Shown here one piece after another: positions 55,404 to 64,000 of a stretch of 64,000 nt of DNA. The position numbers and the translations under genes are program-made. Source of the stretch: a virus. Taxonomy: Duplodnaviria > Caudoviricetes. Numbering within the stretch: the stretch's first letter is position 1; each line of letters starts with the position of its first letter. Under the pieces are notes generated by a model. That model made no database searches, was not told the DNA's origin, and was given only the letters and a program-made list of their open reading frames with translations. The stretch is from the IMG/VR virus record IMGVR_UViG_3300028833_000058; one strand, 5' to 3'.

Positions 55404-57035
55404 ATGAATCCCTTAGTTTCAGTTATTGTTCCAGTCTATAACAGTGAAAAATATTTAAAACAATGTTTAGACAGTATTGTAAACCAAACTCTAAAGAATA
55501 TTGAGATTATTTGTGTAGATGATGGCTCAACAGATAATTCTTTGGCCATTTTATATGATTATGCACAAAGAGATAGTAGGTTTTCAGTATTAAAGCAAAA
55601 CAATTTACACGCTGGGGTAGCTAGAAATACTGGATTGCTAAACGCAAAAAGCGATTATGTAATATTTTTAGATTCTGATGATTTTTTTGGGCTAACCATG
55701 CTAGAAGAGATGTATAACAAGATAGTGGAAGATGATTCAGATGTTGCCGTTTGTGGATTTTATAAATACATAAATGAAAGTAAGATAATAAAAAATAGAC
55801 CTATCAATAAATGTTTTGCAGAAAAATCACCTTTTAGTCCGTTAGATTTAGGTGTTGATGCATTTAATTTTACGAATCCAGCACCGTGGACAAAATTGTT
55901 TAGAAAAAGTGTGTTTTTAAACAACAACATAAGATTTGAAGATTATATTAGTTGTAATGATTTAACTTGTATAATTCTTGCCTTAGCTTGTTGTACTAAA
56001 ATAAGTATTGTTGATAAAATGTTTGTCTACTATCGTGCGAATCAAAAAACAAATATTACGGCTAACAGAAATAAACATGTAGAATACGTTTTCTATTCTT
56101 TAGATAAGGCTCAAAAAGAGTTTAAGAGATTAGGTATATACGCTCAATTTGAAAAAGCTTTCTTACAACGAGCTAAGAATTCAATGAGGTACGAACTTTC
56201 TTTATGTTCTGAGGATGATAAAAACAAATATCTTATGATTGGAAAAGAAATATTAAATGACGAGCTTTATGAGATATTGCATTTTCTTATATGTCACCCG
56301 AAAGTGTCTATAATAATTCCTGTCTATAACAACAAAAAGTATCTTAGACAATGTTTAAATTCTGTAAGAAACCAGACATTAAGAGAGATAGAAGTTATAT
56401 GTGTAAACGATTGCTCTACTGATGGTTCACTTAAGTTATTAAAGCAGTATGAAAATTTAGATAACAGAATCCATGTTATAAATTTAGAGAAAAATAGTGG
56501 TGTAAGTTACGCAAGAAACATTGCACTAGAAAAAATATCTGGGGACTATGTTTGTTTCTTAGACAGTGATGATTTTTTAGAATTAGATTTTTGTAAACTA
56601 TTGGTATCTGACATAGAGAATAAAAAATCTGATTTGTCTTGCGGTGGTCATTGCAAATATAACAAATTCAATCAAAAAATTTCAACTTGGCTACCAAAAA
56701 AGATAGTTTCTGCTAATCTTATGAACGATATAAATTTACTTACAAAACATAGAAATGTGACACAAAAGTTGTTCAAGACAAACATTATCAAAGAAAACAA
56801 ACTTAAATTTGATACAACTTTACATTACATGGAAGACGCTTTGTTTTTAATTCAATATCTAACTCATTGTAAAACCATTTCTGGTGTAGATAAATCTTTA
56901 TATGTAGTTAGGATAAACGAACATAGTTTGTGCAGAAGTACAGAGTTCGTAGAAAGACGTAAACAAGAAAGTGAAAAAGCTAAGGCATATATTAACGACA
57001 TTATATCTAAATATGAGCAAAATCGTCATTTATAA
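55404..57035 (+). CDS. tandem GT2 glycosyltransferase
   Basis: Two copies of VSxIxPVYN..CVxDxSTD..ARN..FLDSDD. Confidence 0.92.
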   Translation: MNPLVSVIVPVYNSEKYLKQCLDSIVNQTLKNIEIICVDDGSTDNSLAILYDYAQRDSRFSVLKQNNLHAGVARNTGLLNAKSDYVIFLDSDDFFGLTMLEEMYNKIVEDDSDVAVCGFYKYINESKIIKNRPINKCFAEKSPFSPLDLGVDAFNFTNPAPWTKLFRKSVFLNNNIRFEDYISCNDLTCIILALACCTKISIVDKMFVYYRANQKTNITANRNKHVEYVFYSLDKAQKEFKRLGIYAQFEKAFLQRAKNSMRYELSLCSEDDKNKYLMIGKEILNDELYEILHFLICHPKVSIIIPVYNNKKYLRQCLNSVRNQTLREIEVICVNDCSTDGSLKLLKQYENLDNRIHVINLEKNSGVSYARNIALEKISGDYVCFLDSDDFLELDFCKLLVSDIENKKSDLSCGGHCKYNKFNQKISTWLPKKIVSANLMNDINLLTKHRNVTQKLFKTNIIKENKLKFDTTLHYMEDALFLIQYLTHCKTISGVDKSLYVVRINEHSLCRSTEFVERRKQESEKAKAYINDIISKYEQNRHL

Positions 57036-57050
57036 AGTTCTATTATCTAT
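57036..57050 (+). promoter_or_regulatory. putative late promoter AGTTCTATTATCTA
   Basis: Motif variant before structural genes. Confidence 0.5.
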
Positions 57051-57071
57051 ATAGTGTTTAAAGGACGTAAT

Positions 57072-58046
57072 ATGCCAAATATAAACTTAAATATACCCTC
57101 TAATTCAAGGTTCCATAGTAGCTTAAATGAGATAGATTTAGCTATGAAGCAGATATTGTTATCTGTTATGCGTATAGCTGACCCAAGAGATTTTACAAGA
57201 GAGCAATACAGCACAACAGATAAAGAGGAAGATTACCTTTGGAATGATTCGAGAGTTTTTCAAGTAGATGAATTAGAAACAACAGAAATATTTAATACTT
57301 ATCTTTTACGTAAGAAAATAAACAACTCTAAAGGTGTAGATGTAACATATCCTTTACTCGGTTTTGTACAAAAAGATATTGACACAGTATTCTGGGGAAC
57401 TGGTAATCGTTATCACCAGTGGTATTTTGATATCCCAGTTAATAACACGAACGTAGAAAAAGGTGATAATGTCATAATAGCTGAACATGGCAAATATTTT
57501 GGTATAAAAGGTAAAATTGGTGATTCAAAGATAATTAACAACACAGTAAGTTATTCTGTTTTAGTTAACGAAAAACCACTTACAGAAGAAAATAAATTTA
57601 CACATAAACAAGAGATTAAATATTTTTCTACTGATGATTTACGCTTTATTGACCCAGATAAAATGCCACAGAGATATAAAGCAAAAGCTATAACTGGTAC
57701 ATACATGGCCGTTGTTTTATGTGACACTAAAGATGAAGCTCAATATTTAAGAGATAAATTCATATTAAGATGTGCTGATGCAAAGATTTGGTGGAAGTAT
57801 AAATCACCAACAATTGATAATAATGAAAATCAAGTTTTCACGGTATTCGGTATTCCTAACCTAGACCGTTATCCAAGTTCAGATGATAAACTTCAAAACA
57901 CTGGTTATATTTATGGTATAGCTTTTGAAATAAACTATTGGGGATGTTTAACAGACGAACCATTGCCTGCTGGCTACATTGAAGCTATCAGAATGAATAT
58001 GCATGTTGAAAACGTTGATGGTATAAACAGAATTGTAGTTAATTAG
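57072..58046 (+). CDS. putative virion structural protein (tail completion/neck-like)
   Basis: Late motif and position before tail-fibre genes; function inferred. Confidence 0.5.
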   Translation: MPNINLNIPSNSRFHSSLNEIDLAMKQILLSVMRIADPRDFTREQYSTTDKEEDYLWNDSRVFQVDELETTEIFNTYLLRKKINNSKGVDVTYPLLGFVQKDIDTVFWGTGNRYHQWYFDIPVNNTNVEKGDNVIIAEHGKYFGIKGKIGDSKIINNTVSYSVLVNEKPLTEENKFTHKQEIKYFSTDDLRFIDPDKMPQRYKAKAITGTYMAVVLCDTKDEAQYLRDKFILRCADAKIWWKYKSPTIDNNENQVFTVFGIPNLDRYPSSDDKLQNTGYIYGIAFEINYWGCLTDEPLPAGYIEAIRMNMHVENVDGINRIVVN

Positions 58047-58054
58047 AGAAAGTC

Positions 58055-60577
58055 ATGGCTCAAGTAGAATATAGCACAATTGTAAGAGATGTAACTTTTA
58101 ATAGTAAAAGCACTTTAACAAGTGTTGATATAAATAGCAGACCAATACAATATGGTCTGTTTACGACTGGTTTTAGAGATTGCACAAAGTTAAAAATTGT
58201 AAAAAATTTCCCAAGCTCAATAAAAAACATGGGTTATACTTTTTTAAATTGTATATCGTTGGAAACTATCCCTGCTATCCCTTCTGATTGTGAAAGCATG
58301 TACGGTACATTTGTAAATTGTTCAAAATTTAACTCTAAAGTCATAATACCAAACAGTGTTACAAATGTAGATGATTGTTTTAGAGGATGTGTAAGTCTAA
58401 CTAAGCAACCTGGTTTAAGTAATAATATAACAAGTCTATTTAGAACTTTTGAAAATACTGCTCTAACAAGTTTCTCAAATATACCAGACGGTGTTACTAA
58501 TATGGAATGGTGCTTCAAAGAGTGTACAAAATTGGCTTCTGTATCAAATTTACCATCATCTTTAGTTAATCTGAAAGAATGTTTTAAAAATTGTACAAGT
58601 TTAACAACTATCCCAGCTATACCAGATTCTGTTACAGATTTATACAATTGTTTTTATAACTGTCCAAAATTAGCTGGTGACATTACAATTAGAAGTCCAA
58701 ATGTTACACAAGTAGGTAGTTGCTTTTATTTATCTGAATCAAGTACGATAGATAGAAATGTATTCATTAATTTAGATAGTACAACATATCAAAGTTTTAT
58801 TTCATCTGGATATTCTACTACGAAAAGAAAGCATGGTGTATTACTTTTACCTTTAGATTACGAATACGTAACGTTTACAATTTTAGGTTTAGGTATAATT
58901 GATGTATCTAATGCCGTTGTCAAAGTAACATACGATGGAGTTGAACATACTTGTTTGAACACATTAAGTACCCATGATAATGGAGTATGCCCAAGTGGTG
59001 CATGTATGAATAATAAATTCTATTTACCTATTCCAGCGAATAAATCCTTTACATACAGTGTTAGCTTAACTGATTATAACACAGAAACAGGAAGTGGCAC
59101 AACTGGTAGTGGTAATAGGAGTCAAGATATTCAAATAGCTTTGACACACGCTACAAAAACTTTTACTGTAAATGTAACTCCATCTGGGTCACATGTCGAG
59201 TTATATGTAGGTAGCACAAAAGTAGCTGAAGGTGATGACACAGCTTCTTACAGTTATAGCACTGGTCATATATTAGCAATGAAAATCATTTGTACAAACG
59301 CAAACTATCCTACAATACAACAATCAGTCAACTGGGATAGCAGTAATGATTATGTGAAGAATATAGATATGGTACCTGTTTCTGGTGAAGTGCTGTATGA
59401 AAGTAACACTGGTGGTCAAGTTAGTACATTACAATTAGGTGCAAATCGTCTATATGAGATAATCTGCATAGGCGGTGGTGGTGGAAGTGGTAATAATGCT
59501 GGTACTGGTGGTGCTGGTGCTTTTTGGAAAGGAAATATAAACACAAGTAAAAGTGTTACACTTACAATGACTACTGGTTCAGGTGGACAAGCTGGTGAAT
59601 CAAGAGTAGATGGTAAACCTGGTACTGCTTCTACAATTGATACTAATAGTGAAACTTCTGAGATAAAAATAACAGCAGAAGGTGGAATGGGTGGTTACAC
59701 AGCGTATAACAGTCCATCAATATGGACTGGTGATAAAAAAGACCCTAGGTACCCTAATGGTTATTCAATTGGCCCAAAAGTATCTATACTTCAACATAAA
59801 AATACACTTACTGGCTTTAGTAAAACTGAACGAAGACAAGTTAGTTGGGTAAGTGGTACTACATATGGAATGGGTGCTAATGTTAGTTTTCAGAATGGAA
59901 AACCAGGTTATATAAAAATTACATACTTAGGTGAATTAACACCAACATCAGGCGGTGCAACAGAAGTATTCAGAAGAACAACTGCTGGTAATGGTACTGT
60001 ACAATTAGAAGCTGGAACATATACACTAATTTGTGTAGGTGGCGGTGGTGGAGCTCTTTGCTACTATGACACTGGCAGTGTAGAAGAATCAACTACATCT
60101 AAATCATATAAAGCAACTGGTGGTTCTGGGTCTTACTTAAACGTTACAGTACAACTAGAAGCTGGAACATATAACTGGTCAGTTGGTGCACTAGGAACAA
60201 CAAATTATTATCCAAACACAGCTACTGATGGTGGAAATACGACATTTGGTGATTTTATCGCCTACGGTGGTCAAGCTGCTATTTTTCTTGCATCTCCTTA
60301 CAATTTCGGAAACACAGGTGTAAGTGGAACATTTGCTGAAGGTTATGGTGGTAATGTTCCAATGCTTGCCAACTCTTGTATCGGAACAACACAACTCTTT
60401 CAAGGAAACGATGGACAAGTAGATGAAGAACTCACAACGAATCACACTTTAGCTGGTGGTGCTAGTCCATACTTTTCATATGGTAAAGGTTCTGGATTTG
60501 CAAACAATGGATTTTTTGCTGGTCCAAATCCAAACCCAGGTACAAATGGATGTTTGATAATAATTAAATTAGATTAA
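58055..60577 (+). CDS. LRR (BspA-like) + glycine-rich domain virion/receptor-binding protein
   Basis: IPxSVTNxxxCFxxCxxL repeats; two CxGGGGG Gly-rich modules. Confidence 0.75.
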   Translation: MAQVEYSTIVRDVTFNSKSTLTSVDINSRPIQYGLFTTGFRDCTKLKIVKNFPSSIKNMGYTFLNCISLETIPAIPSDCESMYGTFVNCSKFNSKVIIPNSVTNVDDCFRGCVSLTKQPGLSNNITSLFRTFENTALTSFSNIPDGVTNMEWCFKECTKLASVSNLPSSLVNLKECFKNCTSLTTIPAIPDSVTDLYNCFYNCPKLAGDITIRSPNVTQVGSCFYLSESSTIDRNVFINLDSTTYQSFISSGYSTTKRKHGVLLLPLDYEYVTFTILGLGIIDVSNAVVKVTYDGVEHTCLNTLSTHDNGVCPSGACMNNKFYLPIPANKSFTYSVSLTDYNTETGSGTTGSGNRSQDIQIALTHATKTFTVNVTPSGSHVELYVGSTKVAEGDDTASYSYSTGHILAMKIICTNANYPTIQQSVNWDSSNDYVKNIDMVPVSGEVLYESNTGGQVSTLQLGANRLYEIICIGGGGGSGNNAGTGGAGAFWKGNINTSKSVTLTMTTGSGGQAGESRVDGKPGTASTIDTNSETSEIKITAEGGMGGYTAYNSPSIWTGDKKDPRYPNGYSIGPKVSILQHKNTLTGFSKTERRQVSWVSGTTYGMGANVSFQNGKPGYIKITYLGELTPTSGGATEVFRRTTAGNGTVQLEAGTYTLICVGGGGGALCYYDTGSVEESTTSKSYKATGGSGSYLNVTVQLEAGTYNWSVGALGTTNYYPNTATDGGNTTFGDFIAYGGQAAIFLASPYNFGNTGVSGTFAEGYGGNVPMLANSCIGTTQLFQGNDGQVDEELTTNHTLAGGASPYFSYGKGSGFANNGFFAGPNPNPGTNGCLIIIKLD

Positions 60578-60594
60578 CTATTAGGAATAATGTA

Positions 60595-63500
60595 ATGGCA
60601 ACAGGAAATACAAGTGCAAGAAGTAGAAAAGTAATTTTAGCAGACGTTGAGTTTACTGAAAATGGTTTGTATATTCCAAGTGAAGAAGTGACTGGCTTCG
60701 GTAGAGTTACTGTTGCTGTACCACCTGACGCTAGAAGAAAACCTATTTATATAACACCTACTGCTACTAATATTGTAAGTCAACCTACTTGGGATGAATA
60801 TACTGGTCCTTATGTTGACGAATACGTAAAAACAATCGGGTACAAAAAAGAAAATAGAACCGTTTATGATTTTAATAATAATTACTTAGGCACTTGTTCA
60901 ATTGAAGGTGTTATAACTGATGATTCTGGTAATGTTATCGGTAAAGTTTCAAATTATCGTGTAATACGTGACGAAGATAATATAATCATAGGTTACGCAG
61001 ATGACAAAAACTTTGCGTTTAATCTAGAAGATAACCAGATAGGTAAAGTATTAGGTGACAATTCAGTAATCAATGACGAAGGGGATGTCATAGGAGAAGC
61101 ATCTTTTACTGAATATCTTGCTTACAATAATAACGAGAACGAGTTTGTTGGCGTAAGAGACATAAAAGTAAGAAAGATTGGTGCATGGATAGATTCTAAC
61201 ATTTCTGCAGATAACATTCGTCAAGGGCATAGTATTTTAGGTGTTGCAGGTAATGTGGTAGAGCTACTTGGAGAAGAAAGAACTGTAAATTCAAGTACTT
61301 CTACACAAACTATTACTCCTTCTAGTGGAAAAAACGCTATTACAAAAGTTACTGTAAATCCTTACACACTAGGAACAAGAACGGTTGACCCAGAGTTCGA
61401 AAGAAAAACATATTATACACCTAGTGGATACAATGGAATGTCTTCCTTTACAGTAAATCCAATTGATGTTCAAACTATCGTAGAAGAAGAACCGCAGTTA
61501 AAAGCAGAAAACATTAAGAAAAACGTTAGATTGTTTGATGGTCAAATTGTAGGTACATATGATAATTATGTAGCTCCAGTCGTTCAACCTGTATCAATTT
61601 CACCAACAACCTCTCAACAGATTGTAAATGCACCAAGTGGTGTTGATGGTTTCAATAGGGTTACTGTTGATGCTGTTACTTCCACCATTGACCCAAACAT
61701 TCAAGCAAGTAACATCAAAAAAGATGTAACAATATTGGGCGTTACAGGTACATATCGTACTGAAAATTTACAAGATAAAACTGTAGACCCACAACAATTT
61801 CTCCAAGTTGTAAGCTACGATTCAACACAATACGATGGATTAAATTCTGTTACAGTAAACGCAGTTACGAACACTATTGATGCTAACATACAAGCTGGTA
61901 ACATTAAGAAAAATGTACAAATTTTAGGTGTAACAGGTGATTATGACCCACAACCAAATATTCAAGCACCTGTTACGGTTACTCCTAGTACATTACAACA
62001 ATCTGTAACTCCAGACCAAGGTTATGATGGTTTAGGTAGAGTTGATATAAATGCTGTTACATCTTCAATAGACCCAAACATCTTGGCTGAGAATATTAAG
62101 AAAAACATTGAAATTTTAGGGGTTACTGGTAGTTATGACCCTCAACCTAATTATCAAGCTTCTAAAACAGTCCAACCAGTTAGTTCTGGTGATGTTGAAG
62201 TTACAGCAGACCCAACTTATGACGCATTGCTAAAGGTTATAGTTAAAGCAGTTACAGCTTCTATTGACCCTAACATCATGCCTAAAAACATAAGAAAGAA
62301 TGTGAGTATTTTAGGTGTTTTAGGTACAATGGAGGAAGGTGGAGAACAGAAGTGGTTTGACTTTTCTGGAATTCAAAACTTTGTTGAATTGAATCAAGAC
62401 GCTTTTAGTGAAGGTGGAACAGAATCTATATCAATCGTTATCGATAAAAATAATTATGAACTTAAAAAACTTATAGATGACACATTTCCAGCTATTAGTA
62501 ACATAAATGCAGTTATGTTCAGTGAAGTTTATGGATATAACGATGAAGAAATGACTAACCCAATAACAAAACAATGCTACATTGATTTTGTTGATGGTTA
62601 TATGTATCAAGATTATAGTACAACAACATATATACCAAATCAAATTCGCTATTTTTATTCATTTGATAACAATTATGGTGTAAATGGTTTAACAATTGGA
62701 TTGGCCAATGACGATGGGTCAGCAAGGACAATGAAACTTTATGTAATTGCTGACAGCACTAAAAATAATAAACCTATTCCTGTTCTTGTAAATGGTAATA
62801 TGACTGTTAGTGATTTACCAGAAGATTATGATGACTTTAGATATGTAAAAGACATTGAGGTTCCAGCACATGATGTATATATACCAAAATTTATAGAAAA
62901 AGATAACGTTCAATGGGTATTACGTGATGAAGATGGTATAAGAACAAAAGTAATTGAGTCAGTTGAAATTGAACCAAACAATGTTGAGGTAAGTGCTTAC
63001 GATAGAGACTACGGCACACAGGATGTAGAAACAGATAGTGTGATAGGATATAGATTGAGACATTTCAACAATTTAGTTCTCAACGAAGATACATTAGTCG
63101 CTAGTCAAATAGATACAAGTAAAAATGGTACAATTCTTATTTTAAATGATTTTGTTAAACAAGACCAAAGTTATTACTACTTTGCATTTAAGCCAAGTGC
63201 ATACAATGGAAGTAATACATACCATACAGTTGCTAAATGTGAAGGTTTATTCCAAGTAGGTTTTTACAGAAATAGTAGTGATTCTTATTACAGACCAGCT
63301 TGGGTTTCATCTTGGTCATCTGCTAGTGCTGGAACTTGGAGCAACAACAGTACGTCTAGTTACAGAATGTACAATGGAACGACATATTATTACAGAATTT
63401 ATGTAAACGGTACAACTACGATTATAGATTGGTCTAACAATGGAACAACCTGGGTAACAATGGGAACTGTTACGAGTGAGTATATTGACCCATTGAACAC

Positions 63501-64000
63501 AAATCAAGTTGAAATATATGCCAAAAGTGGACCAAATACAAAACTTTGTACGGATGGTATTTATGTAGCAGATAATTCAAATAATATTTTATACTCTGTA
63601 TTAGATGATAAAATAGCAAAGAAAACAAGTCATAACATAGTTCCGTTAGACGATAATAATCTTTTTGTGCAACGTGCAGATGATAGAGTAAGTCCTCGCT
63701 ACATTGGAACAGAAGATATAAGATTTGTAAGTTATAATAAAACAACTAAACTTTTAACTACTGGACAAGGTGGTTACATAGAATTACAAGATGAATGGAA
63801 GCCAGGAAATAAACCTTGGCAAGTCAATGTACACTTGAAATATTATTCTCGTACAGAATATACGACACACATTGTAAGTTGGAATGGTGGTACAAATGCA
63901 AGAAATGTATTCTGGTTTTACAACAATCAACTACAAGGACGAATATTTAAATCAGCAAGTTCAACTATTTTTGATGGAAGACTTAGTAGCTACAATTTTG
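60595..64000 (+). CDS. very large tail-fibre/adhesin-like protein (partial; open to window end, absent from ORF track)
   Basis: ATG 60595 after AGGA; no in-frame stop in the stretches translated; ~62-aa repeats with IDxNIxAxNIKKxVxILGVTG. Confidence 0.8.
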   Translation, partial: MATGNTSARSRKVILADVEFTENGLYIPSEEVTGFGRVTVAVPPDARRKPIYITPTATNIVSQPTWDEYTGPYVDEYVKTIGYKKENRTVYDFNNNYLGTCSIEGVITDDSGNVIGKVSNYRVIRDEDNIIIGYADDKNFAFNLEDNQIGKVLGDNSVINDEGDVIGEASFTEYLAYNNNENEFVGVRDIKVRKIGAWIDSNISADNIRQGHSILGVAGNVVELLGEERTVNSSTSTQTITPSSGKNAITKVTVNPYTLGTRTVDPEFERKTYYTPSGYNGMSSFTVNPIDVQTIVEEEPQLKAENIKKNVRLFDGQIVGTYDNYVAPVVQPVSISPTTSQQIVNAPSGVDGFNRVTVDAVTSTIDPNIQASNIKKDVTILGVTGTYRTENLQDKTVDPQQFLQVVSYDSTQYDGLNSVTVNAVTNTIDANIQAGNIKKNVQILGVTGDYDPQPNIQAPVTVTPSTLQQSVTPDQGYDGLGRVDINAVTSSIDPNILAENIKKNIEILGVTGSYDPQPNYQASKTVQPVSSGDVEVTADPTYDALLKVIVKAVTASIDPNIMPKNIRKNVSILGVLGTMEEGGEQKWFDFSGIQNFVELNQDAFSEGGTESISIVIDKNNYELKKLIDDTFPAISNINAVMFSEVYGYNDEEMTNPITKQCYIDFVDGYMYQDYSTTTYIPNQIRYFYSFDNNYGVNGLTIGLANDDGSARTMKLYVIADSTKNNKPIPVLVNGNMTVSDLPEDYDDFRYVKDIEVPAHDVYIPKFIEKDNVQWVLRDEDGIRTKVIESVEIEPNNVEVSAYDRDYGTQDVETDSVIGYRLRHFNNLVLNEDTLVASQIDTSKNGTILILNDFVKQDQSYYYFAFKPSAYNGSNTYHTVAKCEGLFQVGFYRNSSDSYYRPAWVSSWSSASAGTWSNNSTSSYRMYNGTTYYYRIYVNGTTTIIDWSNNGTTWVTMGTVTSEYIDPLNTNQVEIYAKSGPNTKLCTDGIYVADNSNNILYSVLDDKIAKKTSHNIVPLDDNNLFVQRADDRVSPRYIGTEDIRFVSYNKTTKLLTTGQGGYIELQDEWKPGNKPWQVNVHLKYYSRTEYTTHIVSWNGGTNARNVFWFYNNQLQGRIFKSASSTIFDGRLSSYNF
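61189..62330 (+). repeat. six imperfect in-frame fibre repeats
   Basis: NI(R/K)K..(I/L)LGV-G cores near 61190, 61500, 61690, 61876, 62068, 62263. Confidence 0.8.

Noticed and set aside
1-64000. Stop-codon reassignment, tRNA genes, diversity-generating retroelement
   Set aside because: Genes are full length under code 11 and use all three stops; no cloverleaf, reverse transcriptase or TR/VR pair was recognised

Overview
AT-rich (~30% GC by eye) segment of a large lytic dsDNA phage using standard genetic code 11. The T4 gp23-type major capsid protein, DnaB- and UvsW-like helicases and long tail-fibre genes point to a T4-like/jumbo myophage. A Pal lipoprotein, a DriD-like wHTH and DUF3768 suggest an alphaproteobacterial host (inference). 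Layout: (1) 0.1-8.6 kb accessory genes, including a first AAA+ (MoxR-like)/HExxH-VWA pair. (2) 8.7-12.1 kb late island with the capsid gene, a cluster of apparent small-RNA genes and a probable head protein. (3) 12.2-33.9 kb unidirectional early/host-takeover block (ArdC, DUF1281, DUF3768, a second AAA+/VWA pair and five paralogues) built from repeated promoter cassettes. (4) 33.9-35.1 kb gene-free divergence zone (possible genome end or origin). (5) 35.1-39.8 kb three tandem paralogue arrays. (6) Three DNA methyltransferases, a PIF1-like helicase, a J-domain protein, RNase H and replication helicases. (7) Late operon with glycosyltransferases and tail/receptor-binding genes running off the window. 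The most intriguing signal is a set of short RNA elements (stand-alone transcripts and 3' UTRs) complementary to the phage's own conserved leader, RBS and start-codon sequences, suggesting an antisense RNA layer controlling early genes. No tRNA, rRNA, CRISPR array or IS element was recognised. All family assignments come from motif recognition, not database searches.
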